Shown here piece after piece: positions 11,001-21,600 of a stretch of DNA of 64,000 nt (position 1 is its first letter; every line of letters starts with the position of its first letter). The position numbers and the translations under genes are program-made. The notes below the pieces were generated by a model. The model saw nothing but the letters and a program-made list of their open reading frames with translations. It did no database searches and was not told the origin of the DNA. This DNA is from a virus (Duplodnaviria; Caudoviricetes): the IMG/VR virus record IMGVR_UViG_3300029305_004606, positions 128,001 to 192,000 of that record, one strand, 5' to 3'.

Positions 11001-12598
11001 ATATGGTTATTACAAAAAGAGAATTGTCTACTGTAACTATTGATATTGAAACAGATAGTAAAGGATTTTATATAATTGATACTCTTAGATTATATACAGA
11101 AACTGAAGAATTGGTAGCTGGAGAAGATTATAGTTTGACTATCAGTTATACAAACAACTTTGCTACATCTTACAAAGAAGCTACAATTAAAATTACTGGT
11201 ATTAATAATTATAACGGAACAATAACCAAGGTGTATAATGTTTCTGATATTGAATATATAGATATCAATGATTGTATCATTATGGTAAATATTCCTGGTA
11301 CTATATATTATTCTGGTTTTGCTAATAGACCTGAAGTTACTGTTAAATATGGTAATAAATTGCTAACTGAAAATATAGAATATAAAGTTGAATATAAAGA
11401 TAATATCAATGCTGGTAATGCCAAAGTAACTATCTCTGGTATAGGTCTTTATGTAAATTCAAAAACTGAAATTTTTATTATTCAGAGACAAAATATAACC
11501 AATAGAGTGATAACTATAGAACAAACAAGTTATTATTTTACTGGAAAAGATATTACTCCTGCAGTGCAAGTAGAAGGACTAAAGCAAGGATCAGATTATA
11601 CTGTAACTTACAAAGACAATAAATATCCTGGAACTGCTAAAATTATAGTTAATGGTACAAATAACTATATTGGTACTTTAGAGACAGAATTTACTATCGA
11701 AGGTGAAAATATATCTGATTGTATTGCAGAATATGGTACCCCTTCAAAGTATACTGAATATAGAGTAGAAGGTGCTTTTAATCTATATGCTGATTTAGAA
11801 TCATATCAAGCTAAAGAAGCTTTGATAGTAGGAATTGATTATATTATTGCACATGAATCTAGAACAGAATATAGCGAATATACTTTGGTTGGTATTCTTG
11901 TAGAAGGATGTAATCTATATACTGGACAGCATAGATATAGTTTCAGAGTTATAGACAAAGATGAACCTCCAAGAGATATACCTGATGATGATAACGGTGT
12001 ATATAATTTTGGATATCTTAATATACCTGGTTCTGAAACTGCTGTTGGAGATTATGATTTTGGATGTCTTGATTGTGGAATTGATCCAGAAACTGTTGTT
12101 ATAGACGAAAAAGATTATGATTTCAATATTCTTTGTGGAGATGGTCAATATGGTATTAGTCCTGGTGATATTTTTACATTGAAAAATACTTCTATTTATA
12201 CAACTTGTAATGCTGAAGAGGTAGCGTTTAAATGTAATAAAACTATCTATATTTATGACAATATTATTGTTAATGGTAGAGTTAGAGTTGCTCGTATTGA
12301 AGATGCTGTAGATTCTCCTGCTAGAGTATTTGGATGGGTTGTAATAGATGATATTAAGAAACTTAATATTCTTCCTATTGGTGAAAAAGTTATTGTTACC
12401 GGAAAAATCTATGAAAATCCTGATGGTACTGGAAGCTATATTGAAAAGAGTGAAGCAACTATGTATATATCTGGACATGTTAATGGTATAGAAGAAAACA
12501 AATTTCAATACCCTTATATTGTATCTACTACTAAAACAAGTAGAATGCTTGGATATGTATCCAGATTATCAATAGTACAATACTCTGACACATTCTAA
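8099..12598 (+). CDS. Multidomain peptidoglycan hydrolase: GH73 glucosaminidase + Amidase_3 + about ten Ig-like repeats + C-terminal SH3-like region
   Basis: GH73 motifs IIAQACLESAYG, HNYFGLK, GYATS. Amidase_3 motifs IDAGHG, SIHANA, LMETAF. Repeated DYTVxY...NAGxYxVxITGIGNYxG units. RBS GAAAGGGG before ATG 8099. Confidence 0.9.
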   Translation: MTDAERIQFIEQIAVFVQKHAPTYGILVHSPIIAQACLESAYGTSNKAQYHNYFGLKYRGDRVTCASGYFSDTSSEQNADGSYITITTDWYKFDNMDSGVEGYFQFTNIANYDNLKGVTDPRTYLENIKADGYATSINYVDNVMAVIDKWDLTKYDSPIEQRGIKVAIDAGHGSNTAGKRHPDGYREHWSDTYMAFYLNQILVKNGFETFKTSWDDDNPTDDEDIELAIRQAQIKAFGADISVSIHANAYGDGASYNSAEGVSTHYHSNTSRVGDSVALATAIQNELIKNTTQKNRGIVAQELAMCNCVAMGTQASVLMETAFMTNSRESALLQSDEFCVECAREIAQGIFNYFGITDADANVYVVAADRSHTDEDDKDIINATVTLDNPVVEYYGNINCPAPTVVYDGTTLSINVDYTVQYSNNINAGIGIVTITGIGKYTGTKNVEFTIKARDIGTASWVYSTDADNCINIDQLGLTCIGMTLVKNTDYTLEVSYKDHEGYKLAICNAYGKGNYYGSINGGFFVEKYPEDPKIDINSISFSIDQNDFIYDGNVHKPEVSNTGGLIVNTDYTVTYNGTFIDAGNYKVIVTGINSYEGTITFSVTIHRKEISKNNFTISQNYFIYDGSMHKPDVTNNIGLIANNDYTVSYNGAFINAGEYTVDIVGVNNYIGSISFPVTIDRKEISKDDFNVASNLTYNGSVQKPIVKSLKGYSINTDYNVEYIGDFINVGQYTVNITGIGNYIGSVTYSVTINRKDINNISFTISDNIYNGSQQTPIITTSEKIVEGQDYSVVYIGDMINVGTYDIIISGINNYTGNVNTVAKIVPKSITYDDFDIYPKTFIYNGDSKDVSISSSLRLGNDYTVSTEEDMVSVGPKTLTFQGIGNYTGTITDSIEILPCNIDSIYFTVEPDSAVYYGGTLYPIISCGNGLIEGTDYKVSYKGKFIEVGNYQTIITGIGNYTGERSFDMVITKRELSTVTIDIETDSKGFYIIDTLRLYTETEELVAGEDYSLTISYTNNFATSYKEATIKITGINNYNGTITKVYNVSDIEYIDINDCIIMVNIPGTIYYSGFANRPEVTVKYGNKLLTENIEYKVEYKDNINAGNAKVTISGIGLYVNSKTEIFIIQRQNITNRVITIEQTSYYFTGKDITPAVQVEGLKQGSDYTVTYKDNKYPGTAKIIVNGTNNYIGTLETEFTIEGENISDCIAEYGTPSKYTEYRVEGAFNLYADLESYQAKEALIVGIDYIIAHESRTEYSEYTLVGILVEGCNLYTGQHRYSFRVIDKDEPPRDIPDDDNGVYNFGYLNIPGSETAVGDYDFGCLDCGIDPETVVIDEKDYDFNILCGDGQYGISPGDIFTLKNTSIYTTCNAEEVAFKCNKTIYIYDNIIVNGRVRVARIEDAVDSPARVFGWVVIDDIKKLNILPIGEKVIVTGKIYENPDGTGSYIEKSEATMYISGHVNGIEENKFQYPYIVSTTKTSRMLGYVSRLSIVQYSDTF

Positions 12599-12611
12599 TT
12601 TTATGTAAAAT

Positions 12612-12644
12612 GGGCAAGCATTATACAGTGCTTGCCCCTCTTTT
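12612..12644 (+). terminator. Intrinsic terminator
   Basis: GGGCAAGCA/TGCTTGCCC stem followed by CTCTTTT. Confidence 0.75.
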
Positions 12645-12653
12645 AACCCAATT

Positions 12654-12665
12654 CACATATGAATA
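12654..12665 (+). promoter_or_regulatory. Late-type promoter variant CACA-N6-TA
   Basis: CACAtatgaaTAat upstream of the tape-measure gene. Confidence 0.7.
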
Positions 12666-12692
12666 ATCTATTTGAAAGGAGGATAAACCATT

Positions 12693-15600
12693 ATGGCTAC
12701 AACTAATTCAAAGTCAAAAACTTATCTCAAAAATGTGGGAAAATCTTTTGGTTATGCTGCTATGGATGTATTCGAGCATTATAATCCTACCCTCACAAAT
12801 TTGTATAAGAGTAGTAAAGATGCTGTAACTGAAGCTAAACGTCTCTCTAGAGAAGCAAAGATGCAATTGCAGCAGGCTGAAGTTGACTCAGATAAGGGTG
12901 GTATGTCCTATATATTGGAAGATCTTGCTAGTGGTAAATGGTATAATAAAGAACGTCAAACTGAAGATGAAAGATACCTTAGCACGATCGCTAAAGAAGA
13001 AGATTGGGGAGATGACACTACGGCTTCTGCTGTAGCAGATACTGCCAGGGATGTAATGAAGCAAAACGAAGCAAGTACCAGAAAAATTTCTGATTCACTT
13101 GGTGGAGCTGCTCAGAGCATTTCAACATCTATTGGATATGCATCTGCACAATCTGCAGATTACATAGTGAAATCTTTTGGTGCTCAATCTAGAGCATTAT
13201 ATGGTCTTACAGCTAACGGGTTTGATAGAGTAACAAATGTGTTACTTAGTATAAATAATAGTATTGATGGGATTGCTAGTATGGGTGAAGGATTAAATGC
13301 TCATATGAAGAACTCTTCTATTTTTTATATTAATGCTACGCAGAGTTTGAATAGAATTGATACTAATATTGAAAAACTTGTTAAGATGCAGGAAGCTGCT
13401 AATAGATCTCCTAGAGGTATTAGTAGAAAAAATGTAAAAGGTATGGAAAACCTTATTGATTCTGATGGTAATATTGATCTTGTTGCTTACATGAAAATGG
13501 TAAAAGACAATATGGATCAGTATAAGACATTAGCTGAAGCTTTAAAAGATAAAAAGGAAGATTGGATCGGTAATAGAAAAGGTGGAAACATGCTTTCCAA
13601 TACTGTTGTTTCTGTTGTAGATGCAATGATTCCTAAAATGACTAAAGAAGCTATGAAGATAATGAACGAAACTCTCAGAGATGGTTTGATTGCCGGATTA
13701 GCCCGAGGTGGTATGAAAGCTAGAAGAAGTAACAATCCTGTTGCTAATCTTTTAGGCGAAATGTTCTTACCCAAGGATGGTTACAAGGATAAGCTTGATA
13801 CTTCCAATTATGAAAAAGGTCAGGTTGCTTGGGATGGTATTGCTAGAAAATCTTTAGTGGAAGTTATCCCTACATATTTGGCTAAAATTTACGCTGCTTT
13901 AGGTGGTGAAGAAAAGTACTTTGATTACGAAACAGGAAAGTTTGTAAAACTTGAACAAATAAAAGCTGATCATGAATATGACAAGAGAGTATCTGCTGTT
14001 AGAGCTGGAGGAAAAATGAGAACTGATATCCTTGCAGATATCAGGAAGAATGCACCGGCTCAAAGACAAGCTCAGTTAGAAAATGAAGTTGAAAGTTTCT
14101 TTTTACAAGCTTTTGTTGATGGATATGATTTTGTAGAAATTGCTCATATGATAAATGATGCTAATTTTAGAAGAAAGTATGGTATTACCAGAGAATCTGC
14201 TAAATATATCATTGATTATGTTGGAGCAAAAGATGCTACAAAAGCAAGAAGAGCTACAGGATTTGTAGCAGGTGTTGCTAGAGGAAGAAATGAATTTGGT
14301 AATACTATGAGAAGAAGAGAAGCTGCAGGTACATCTAATCTTGTATATGCTTCACATGGATTTGATGGAGGTCCTGCTGGAAATGCTATCAATCAATTTG
14401 CAACAATGACAGATAGTTTCGGCAAGACTCAGGCTTATTATCTTCGTGGTATTTATATGATGACTGGTAATATCTACGGAGCACTTCAGGGACAAGTTGG
14501 AGGTTCTTATAGAGTAAGACCTGATAGAAGAGCAACTGCTTCTACCTACTTTAATCCTGATACTGGTAGATATTCTAGAAGAAGACCTAGAATGACTGGT
14601 GGAGAAAGATCTAATATGGATAATCGCCAGCAAAGACAGGCTGCTTCTACAACAACTAGAAATCGTAATATAAGTATTGAAGATAGAGCAAAATATTATG
14701 GAATGTCAGATGATCAGATTCTTGAAGCAAAGAGAAGAGAAGAAATGGTCAAGAGAGCTCAACAGGCTTTTAATGGTCAGGAATTCACTCCTATTCAGGG
14801 AACAAGTGAAGATGGTCAGCCTAGAGTTAGATCAAGATTTGGTTCAGCTCTTGCTAAAGTAAAAGATTGGTATCAAGCTCCATTTGCTGCTATGACAGAT
14901 ATGATCAATAGCTTTACTCTCGGAATAAACAACATGTTCTGGGGAACAAAAGAGCGAAAAGGTCTTATTGATAAAATTTCTGATTATATGAAATCTCTTT
15001 GGACAAAAGTCTTTGGAGATGAAAATGGTCAGGGTGGAATTGGTATGCAGGCTGCCATGAAAGAAGAGTGGACAAAAATTAAGACTAAGGTTAAAGATAA
15101 AGCTCGAAATTTCATGGGTAATGTTGGTGCTAGAGACCGTGCTGCTGGACAAAGAGAAATTGCTCAAGCAGTGGCAAATCAATTTTCAGGTACTCAAGAA
15201 GTACCTGCTCATGCCCGGGGTCGTAGAATAACGAAGACTGGTCTTATTGCTGTATCTGAAGGTGAATTAGTAATTCCTTCCGAATTTAATCCATATTATC
15301 ATGGTAGAACTAACAAGAGACAGCAGATTAGAAATGAGCAGAGAATAATCAATAAATTCTATGGTGGATTTGCTACAGGTGGTACTGTCGGTGGAGCGTA
15401 TACTGATGGACAATTTGTAGAAGATGTAGATCCAATTACAGGAGAAAAAATATACAAATTTGTTAAACCTGATGGAACTGTAATTAGACTTAAGAAATCC
15501 GAATATGCCAAAAGATTAGCACAATGGAAGATTAAGCAAACTACTCAGGCTATTGATGATAATACTGGGGCAATTACAGCTGCAAAAGATGGTGTAAATC

Positions 15601-18600
15601 TTTTAGGTTCAGGATTAATGGATTTCATTAAAGCTTCTTTATTTGGTACTGATAAACAGCAGGAAGAAGATAAGAAGAAGATTAATATGAAAATGACTGA
15701 TATCTTTAAAGAGATGGGTCATGAAAAAGGAGCTATGGGTATTGGAGCTATCGGCGGACTTGGTGTATCTTTGTTAACTGGTGCTGTTGTGGGTCCTTTA
15801 GCTGGTGCTGCTTTAGGTGCTGGTGTTGGATTATTAGCAAAATCTGAAAAAGTTCAGAAGATGCTCTTTGGTGAAGTTGATGAAAATGGTAATTATGAAA
15901 AAGAATTTGGAAACTTTGTAATGAAGAAACTTCCTAATATTGGTGTAACTGCTGGACTTGGTTTGGCAGGTGGAGCTCTATTAGGATCTCCAATTATTGG
16001 ATTAATTGCTGGTTCTGCTATTGGATTTGCTGGACAATCTGATGCTGTTAAAGATAGACTGTTTGGTAAACTTGATGAAAATGGTGAAAGAAGTAAGGGT
16101 GGTTTAATTAATAAGGAACTGCGTGACAAAATTAAGAAAGCTGCTCCCAATATTGCTGCTGGCGGAATTGCTGGTTTATTAGTTGGACCTTTTGGTTTAG
16201 CTGGCAATTTGATTGTTGGTTCTGCCATTGGATATTTGTCAACTGGAGAAAAATTCCATCAGTATTTCTTTGGTGATGGAAAAGATGACAAAGGTCTTGC
16301 AGGAATTATTCATGAAAAGATTATTAAAGGTCTTGATGATTTAATTCATAATACTGGAAATGCTCTTAAAGGATGGATGAGAAAGACTGGAGCTAAAGTT
16401 GGTAGTAAAATTATGAGCTTTATTAGTAAAGCTCAGAATAAATATGAAACCGGTAAAGCTTCTGGATTAACTAAAGCTATAGGTTGGGCTGCAAGTGTGC
16501 CAGGTAAAGCTCTTAAAGGTGCAACTAATAAAGTTGGAGACCTTGTACAGGGATTAGCTGGTCATAGAAGAGCTAGAAACTTAGCTGAAGGTTATGATGT
16601 TTGGAATGCTGAAGCTGGTAGAAATGCTACTGCTGCTGAAAGATTAGGAATGAGATCTGATGATGATATTTCATCTGCAGCAAATATGGATAGAGCTATT
16701 GCTGGAGCAGACGCTGAACAACTTGCTCAGCTTAAGAATATGCTTACTGACCTTAGAGATCCTAAACTTGCTTTCCAAAAAGTAAAGGACAAATCTACAG
16801 CTACATTGTATTCTGAATTAATGGATGCAGGTATTACAGATAAGAAGCTTATTAAGAAAATTATCAAAGAAGCTGGATCCACAAATAGTACGATTAGATT
16901 GGAAGATTTGATAACAGGATATTCTGAAGATCAACAGAAAGCTATTAGAAAAGCATTTAATAAATCTGATAAAGAAATACAGGCAGCTAAAGATACTAAA
17001 ACTGTTACTAAAGGTAATCTTGCATTACTTAAAGATAAGTTTGGTATTAACTTAGAGGGAAGTTCTAATGCTGATATTGTAAATTATTTGAAAGCTATCG
17101 AGCATGATGAAAAAATACGATTCGGTGAAGATGGATCAGATTTAAATGCTAAAGAAGAAAAATATCAGGATAATGTAGTAACATTGTTAACTGATATGAA
17201 TAATAATATCTCTTTATTTACTGAATATATTACAGGTAAGCGTAATGCTGCAGGTAGATTTGATGGTAATATTGACAAAGAAGGTAATGCTCATTTCTGG
17301 GTACATGGTGACAGAGCAGTATCTGCTGAAGAAGCTATTGCTGGAGCAAGAGGTCAGAGAGATATTATGGAATTTGGTAGAGATACCAAGAATGCTATTG
17401 CCGAAACAACTACAAAAGTTATTGATACTGTAACTGAACCTATTAAAGATGCAGTTGTAGGTACATTTGACTTTGTAAAAGAAAAAGTTGTTACTCCTTT
17501 GTCTGATACTGTAAAAGCTGTAGCTCATACTGCTCAAGATTTATATGGTATCGGTATAAGAGGATTTAATGCTGCAAATCCTGATATTGATACTAGCAAT
17601 TATTATGGACCTACATCTGGAATTGATGTTGTAAATACTGCTCAGAGAACAGCTACAAGAGCTAGTTATCTTGGAGGAAGACTCAAGAGAGGAGCAGGTG
17701 ATGTAATAAAAGCTATTAGAGGCAAAGCTGAAGGTGGCACTATTTCTGGAGATAATACTTTCTTAGATATGCTTGCTGATAAAGTAATCGAAAAAGTTGG
17801 TGGAATCGGAGATTATCTCAAAGGTAAAATGGAATCTGCCAAAGAAAAAATCACTACACATGTTGATGCTTTTGGTAACGTTCATAAGATGACTACTAAT
17901 AATCAGGGCGAAACTGTAGCTGCTACAAATGATTCTACAACAAAGAAATCTAAAGCTGCTATGGATAAGTTTATGAATTCTGTAAACTCTATTCCTGGTA
18001 TGGCTACTGCTATGTCCGGACTATCAAGTATGTTTGGTGGTTTAAAAGACAAACTTCTTGGTGGAGATGAAGAAAAAGGACCTGGATTACTAGAACAACT
18101 TGTAAATGGTTTATTTGATGATACAGACGGATTTATTCCAAATATAATTAATCTTATAACCGGTGGTCAAGGTGGTGGTAAATTTGGTGGTATTACTTTA
18201 AAAAGTATATTTACAAATTTAATTGGACCTGGATTATTAGCAGCTGGATTTGCAGGAGTTTTTGATAATGCTTTTAAGGCTGCAACTGGTGGTGCTTATG
18301 GTAAAAAAGATAATGAAGAGTATTACGATAAAGAAACTGGTCAAGTTGTACAAAAAACTGCTGATGGACAATATACTGATGCTAATGGTAATATTGTATC
18401 TGGAAATATAGGTGTTAGACAGAACGATGTTGCTAGTTTTAGTGACAAATTGAAAGAAAATACAGCTAGAGGTGTTTTAACAAATACTTCTTCTGTTGCA
18501 AGTAAAGTTCTTGGAAATACTAATATTGGAAAGACTATAAGTGCTGCTGGTAGAACAGTTGTTAAAGCTGTTGGTGGAGATGCTGCTGCTATGGCAAGTA

Positions 18601-21600
18601 TTACAGATACTATATTAGATGCTTGTATTAAATTTACAAGTATGCTTGGCAAAATTCCTGCATTAAAAGGTATTGCTGGTAAGATTGATGATATGGGTCT
18701 CGAACTTGCTGAAAAGATTTCAACTAAACTTGCATCATCTGGAGCAAAATCATTACTTAGTAATGCTGCTAATTTTGTTGTATGGGCTAAAATTGCATTT
18801 ATTGTAGTAGACTTTACAACAGGTTATGAGGATGCTAGAACTACACTTGGTATTATAGATGAACCTACAGTTCCTCAGAAAATTATTGCAGGTTTATTAC
18901 GTGCATTAAAGAATTTAATTCCTGTAGTTGGTTCGTTAATTCCTGATAGTTTAGTAATAGATGTATTCTGTAAGTATATTGCTCCATTCTTTGGTATTGA
19001 ACCTGAAGGTTTAATGAAACAGAGAGAAGAAGCAGAAGCAAAAGTTGCAGAGTATAATGCTGCTAACGGTACAAACTATTCTGTAGGTGAGTATAATAAG
19101 GCTGTATTGCATGATTATACTTGGACAGAAAGAATCGGAAATGCTGCAAAATCTACTGTAAACGATGTTAAAGATAAATGGAATGCTGGTGTAACTGCTA
19201 TTAAAGAAAAAGGTTTAGGAGGAGCTATCAAAGATGGAATCTCTAATAACGTTGATATCTTTAAAGAAGCATTCAAAGGTAAAGATGGAGGTCTTGCTGG
19301 AGTTACTTCTGGTATAGGTGCTGTATTAGGAAATCTTTTACCTGGTGTCTTTGGAGAAGTTGCACAAAAGAACACTGAAATTCAAGCTCTTGCTTATAAG
19401 GGTGAGATTGGTGAAATGTGGAAAGTTGCTTTAAGTGACTTCAGTAAAGGTAGTGATGAGGAAGCAAATGTTGGTATATTTAGTAAAATTATCGGACAGA
19501 TTCCTTTATTATTTACCAAGATTAATATGACACCTTTAGCTTTAATCAATAAGGTTATTAGACCTATTATGGATAAAGCTGGAGATGCTTTTAAGGGTAT
19601 CATCGAAGGTGGAAAATATATTGCTACTCTTCCTGCTACTGTAGCTGCTGACACTAAAGCACTTGTATACAGTAAAGAAGATACAGATTTGAAGGATTTC
19701 TTCAATGTATCTAAGTATGAACAGCAAGGTGAAAATGGTTTCTATAATGGTATTATTAAGGCGGTCGCAATGACTAGCCGTGTAGCAAGTTTAGGAACTA
19801 TGATAGTTGGTGCTGTAGGTAAGAGAATTGGAAAAGCTTTTGTTGAAATTAAGGATAAAGTAGTAAACATGGGCAAGGCATTTATTAGCCTTGATACAGG
19901 TATTACAAGGAAAGCGTTAGAAGGTGACGTATCTAACATGTTCTCCTATGTATCTTCTTCTACTTCAGAAGATGCCAATAATCCTCTTGGATTTATTGGT
20001 AAAGTATATGGATATACTACTGCAGCCTTAAGAACTCCTCTTGCTTTAGTTTCTAAGGCAGGTAAAGCTATTGGTAAATTCTTAGTTGAAACAAAAGATA
20101 AAGTTATTACCATGGGTCAAGCTTTTGTAGCATTAGACTCTGGTATCACTAGAAATGCTTTAGCAGGTGATATTGGTGGTATGTTTAACCATGTATCTTC
20201 TTCTACTTCAGAGGATGCCAATAATCCTCTTGGATTCGTTGGTAAGGTGTATGGCTATGTAAATGCTGCTATGAAAACTCCTCTTGCTTTAGTTTCTAAG
20301 GCAGGTAAAGCTATTGGTGGATGGTTGACAAGTGTCAAAGATAAAGTAGTTACTGCTTTCTCTACTATGGCTACGATGGATCAAAGTATTACTGCAAAAG
20401 CTACAGCAGGTGATATAACTGGAATGTTTGACTATGTAGCTGGAGCTACATCAGAAGATGCCGAAAATCCTCTTGGATTTGTAGGTAAAGTATACGGTTA
20501 TGTAAACGCTGCTGGTAAAGTTCCTCTTGCTTTATTATCTAAAGCAGGTCAAGCTATCGGTGGATGGTTTGGTGAAAAAGTAGATGCGTTTAAGACAGAC
20601 GTTGGAACATTAGATTCTGCAAAAGAAGCTCTCAAGGGTATGAGTCAAGATAAATCTAGTTCTATTGGAGATATCATGGGCTATACAACAGAGTTTAGTG
20701 ATAATAATGTATTCAAGGGAATTTTTAACGCTATTTTCGGATTCCAAAAGATTTTCTATAGTGCTGCTAAACTTCTCGGAAATGTATTTGATGCAATCAG
20801 TGGAGTTGTAGATGGTATTAAAGATAAAGTCGGTGGAGTTGTAGATGCTGTTACTGAGAAAGTGTCTGGTGTTAAAGATGCTGTAGTTGAGAAAGTAGAA
20901 GATGTAAAAGAAGGAGCTAAGAAAGTTGTTAATAATGTTAAAGAAGGTGCCAAGAAAGCAGGAGAAACTGTCAAAGGATGGGGAGAAGCTGCTTGGGATG
21001 GTTTAACAGGATGGATAACTGGATCTGGTTCTGGATTTGTTTCTCAATATGATCCTAGATATCAGAATTATAAAGTATCTGGACAGAACTTTGCTGCTAA
21101 GGGTTGCGGTCCTGCTGTAGCTGCTATGGCTGGTAGAGCTCTTGGTAAGAATATTTCTGTTAATGATGCTGTAAATGGTTCTATTGGATATCAGAATGGT
21201 AACGGTGTATCTATTGATTACTTCCAGCAAATGCTTGGTTCTAAGGGAATCAATACTAGATATATTAGTGGTGGTTCTTCTGCTGATTTATATAACTCTA
21301 TTGCTAGTGGTGAGAAGGTTGTATTACTTGGTAGAGATCCTTATAATACTTCTAAAGAATATTCTCCTTTTGGACCTAACAATCATTATGTATTAGCTAC
21401 TGGTATCGATAGAAGAGGAAATGTTATTATTAACGATCCCGAAGCTAGAGGACCTAGAGCTTATAATCCTGCTATTTTGAATTCTGCTAAGTTTGGTGTA
21501 GCTGGTTCTAATAGTGGAATTGGAAGAAGAAGTTCTATTAGAAGATCCTCTAAAGTAAGAAATATTTTCTCAGGCGGATCTTCATATGATACAGAAATTG

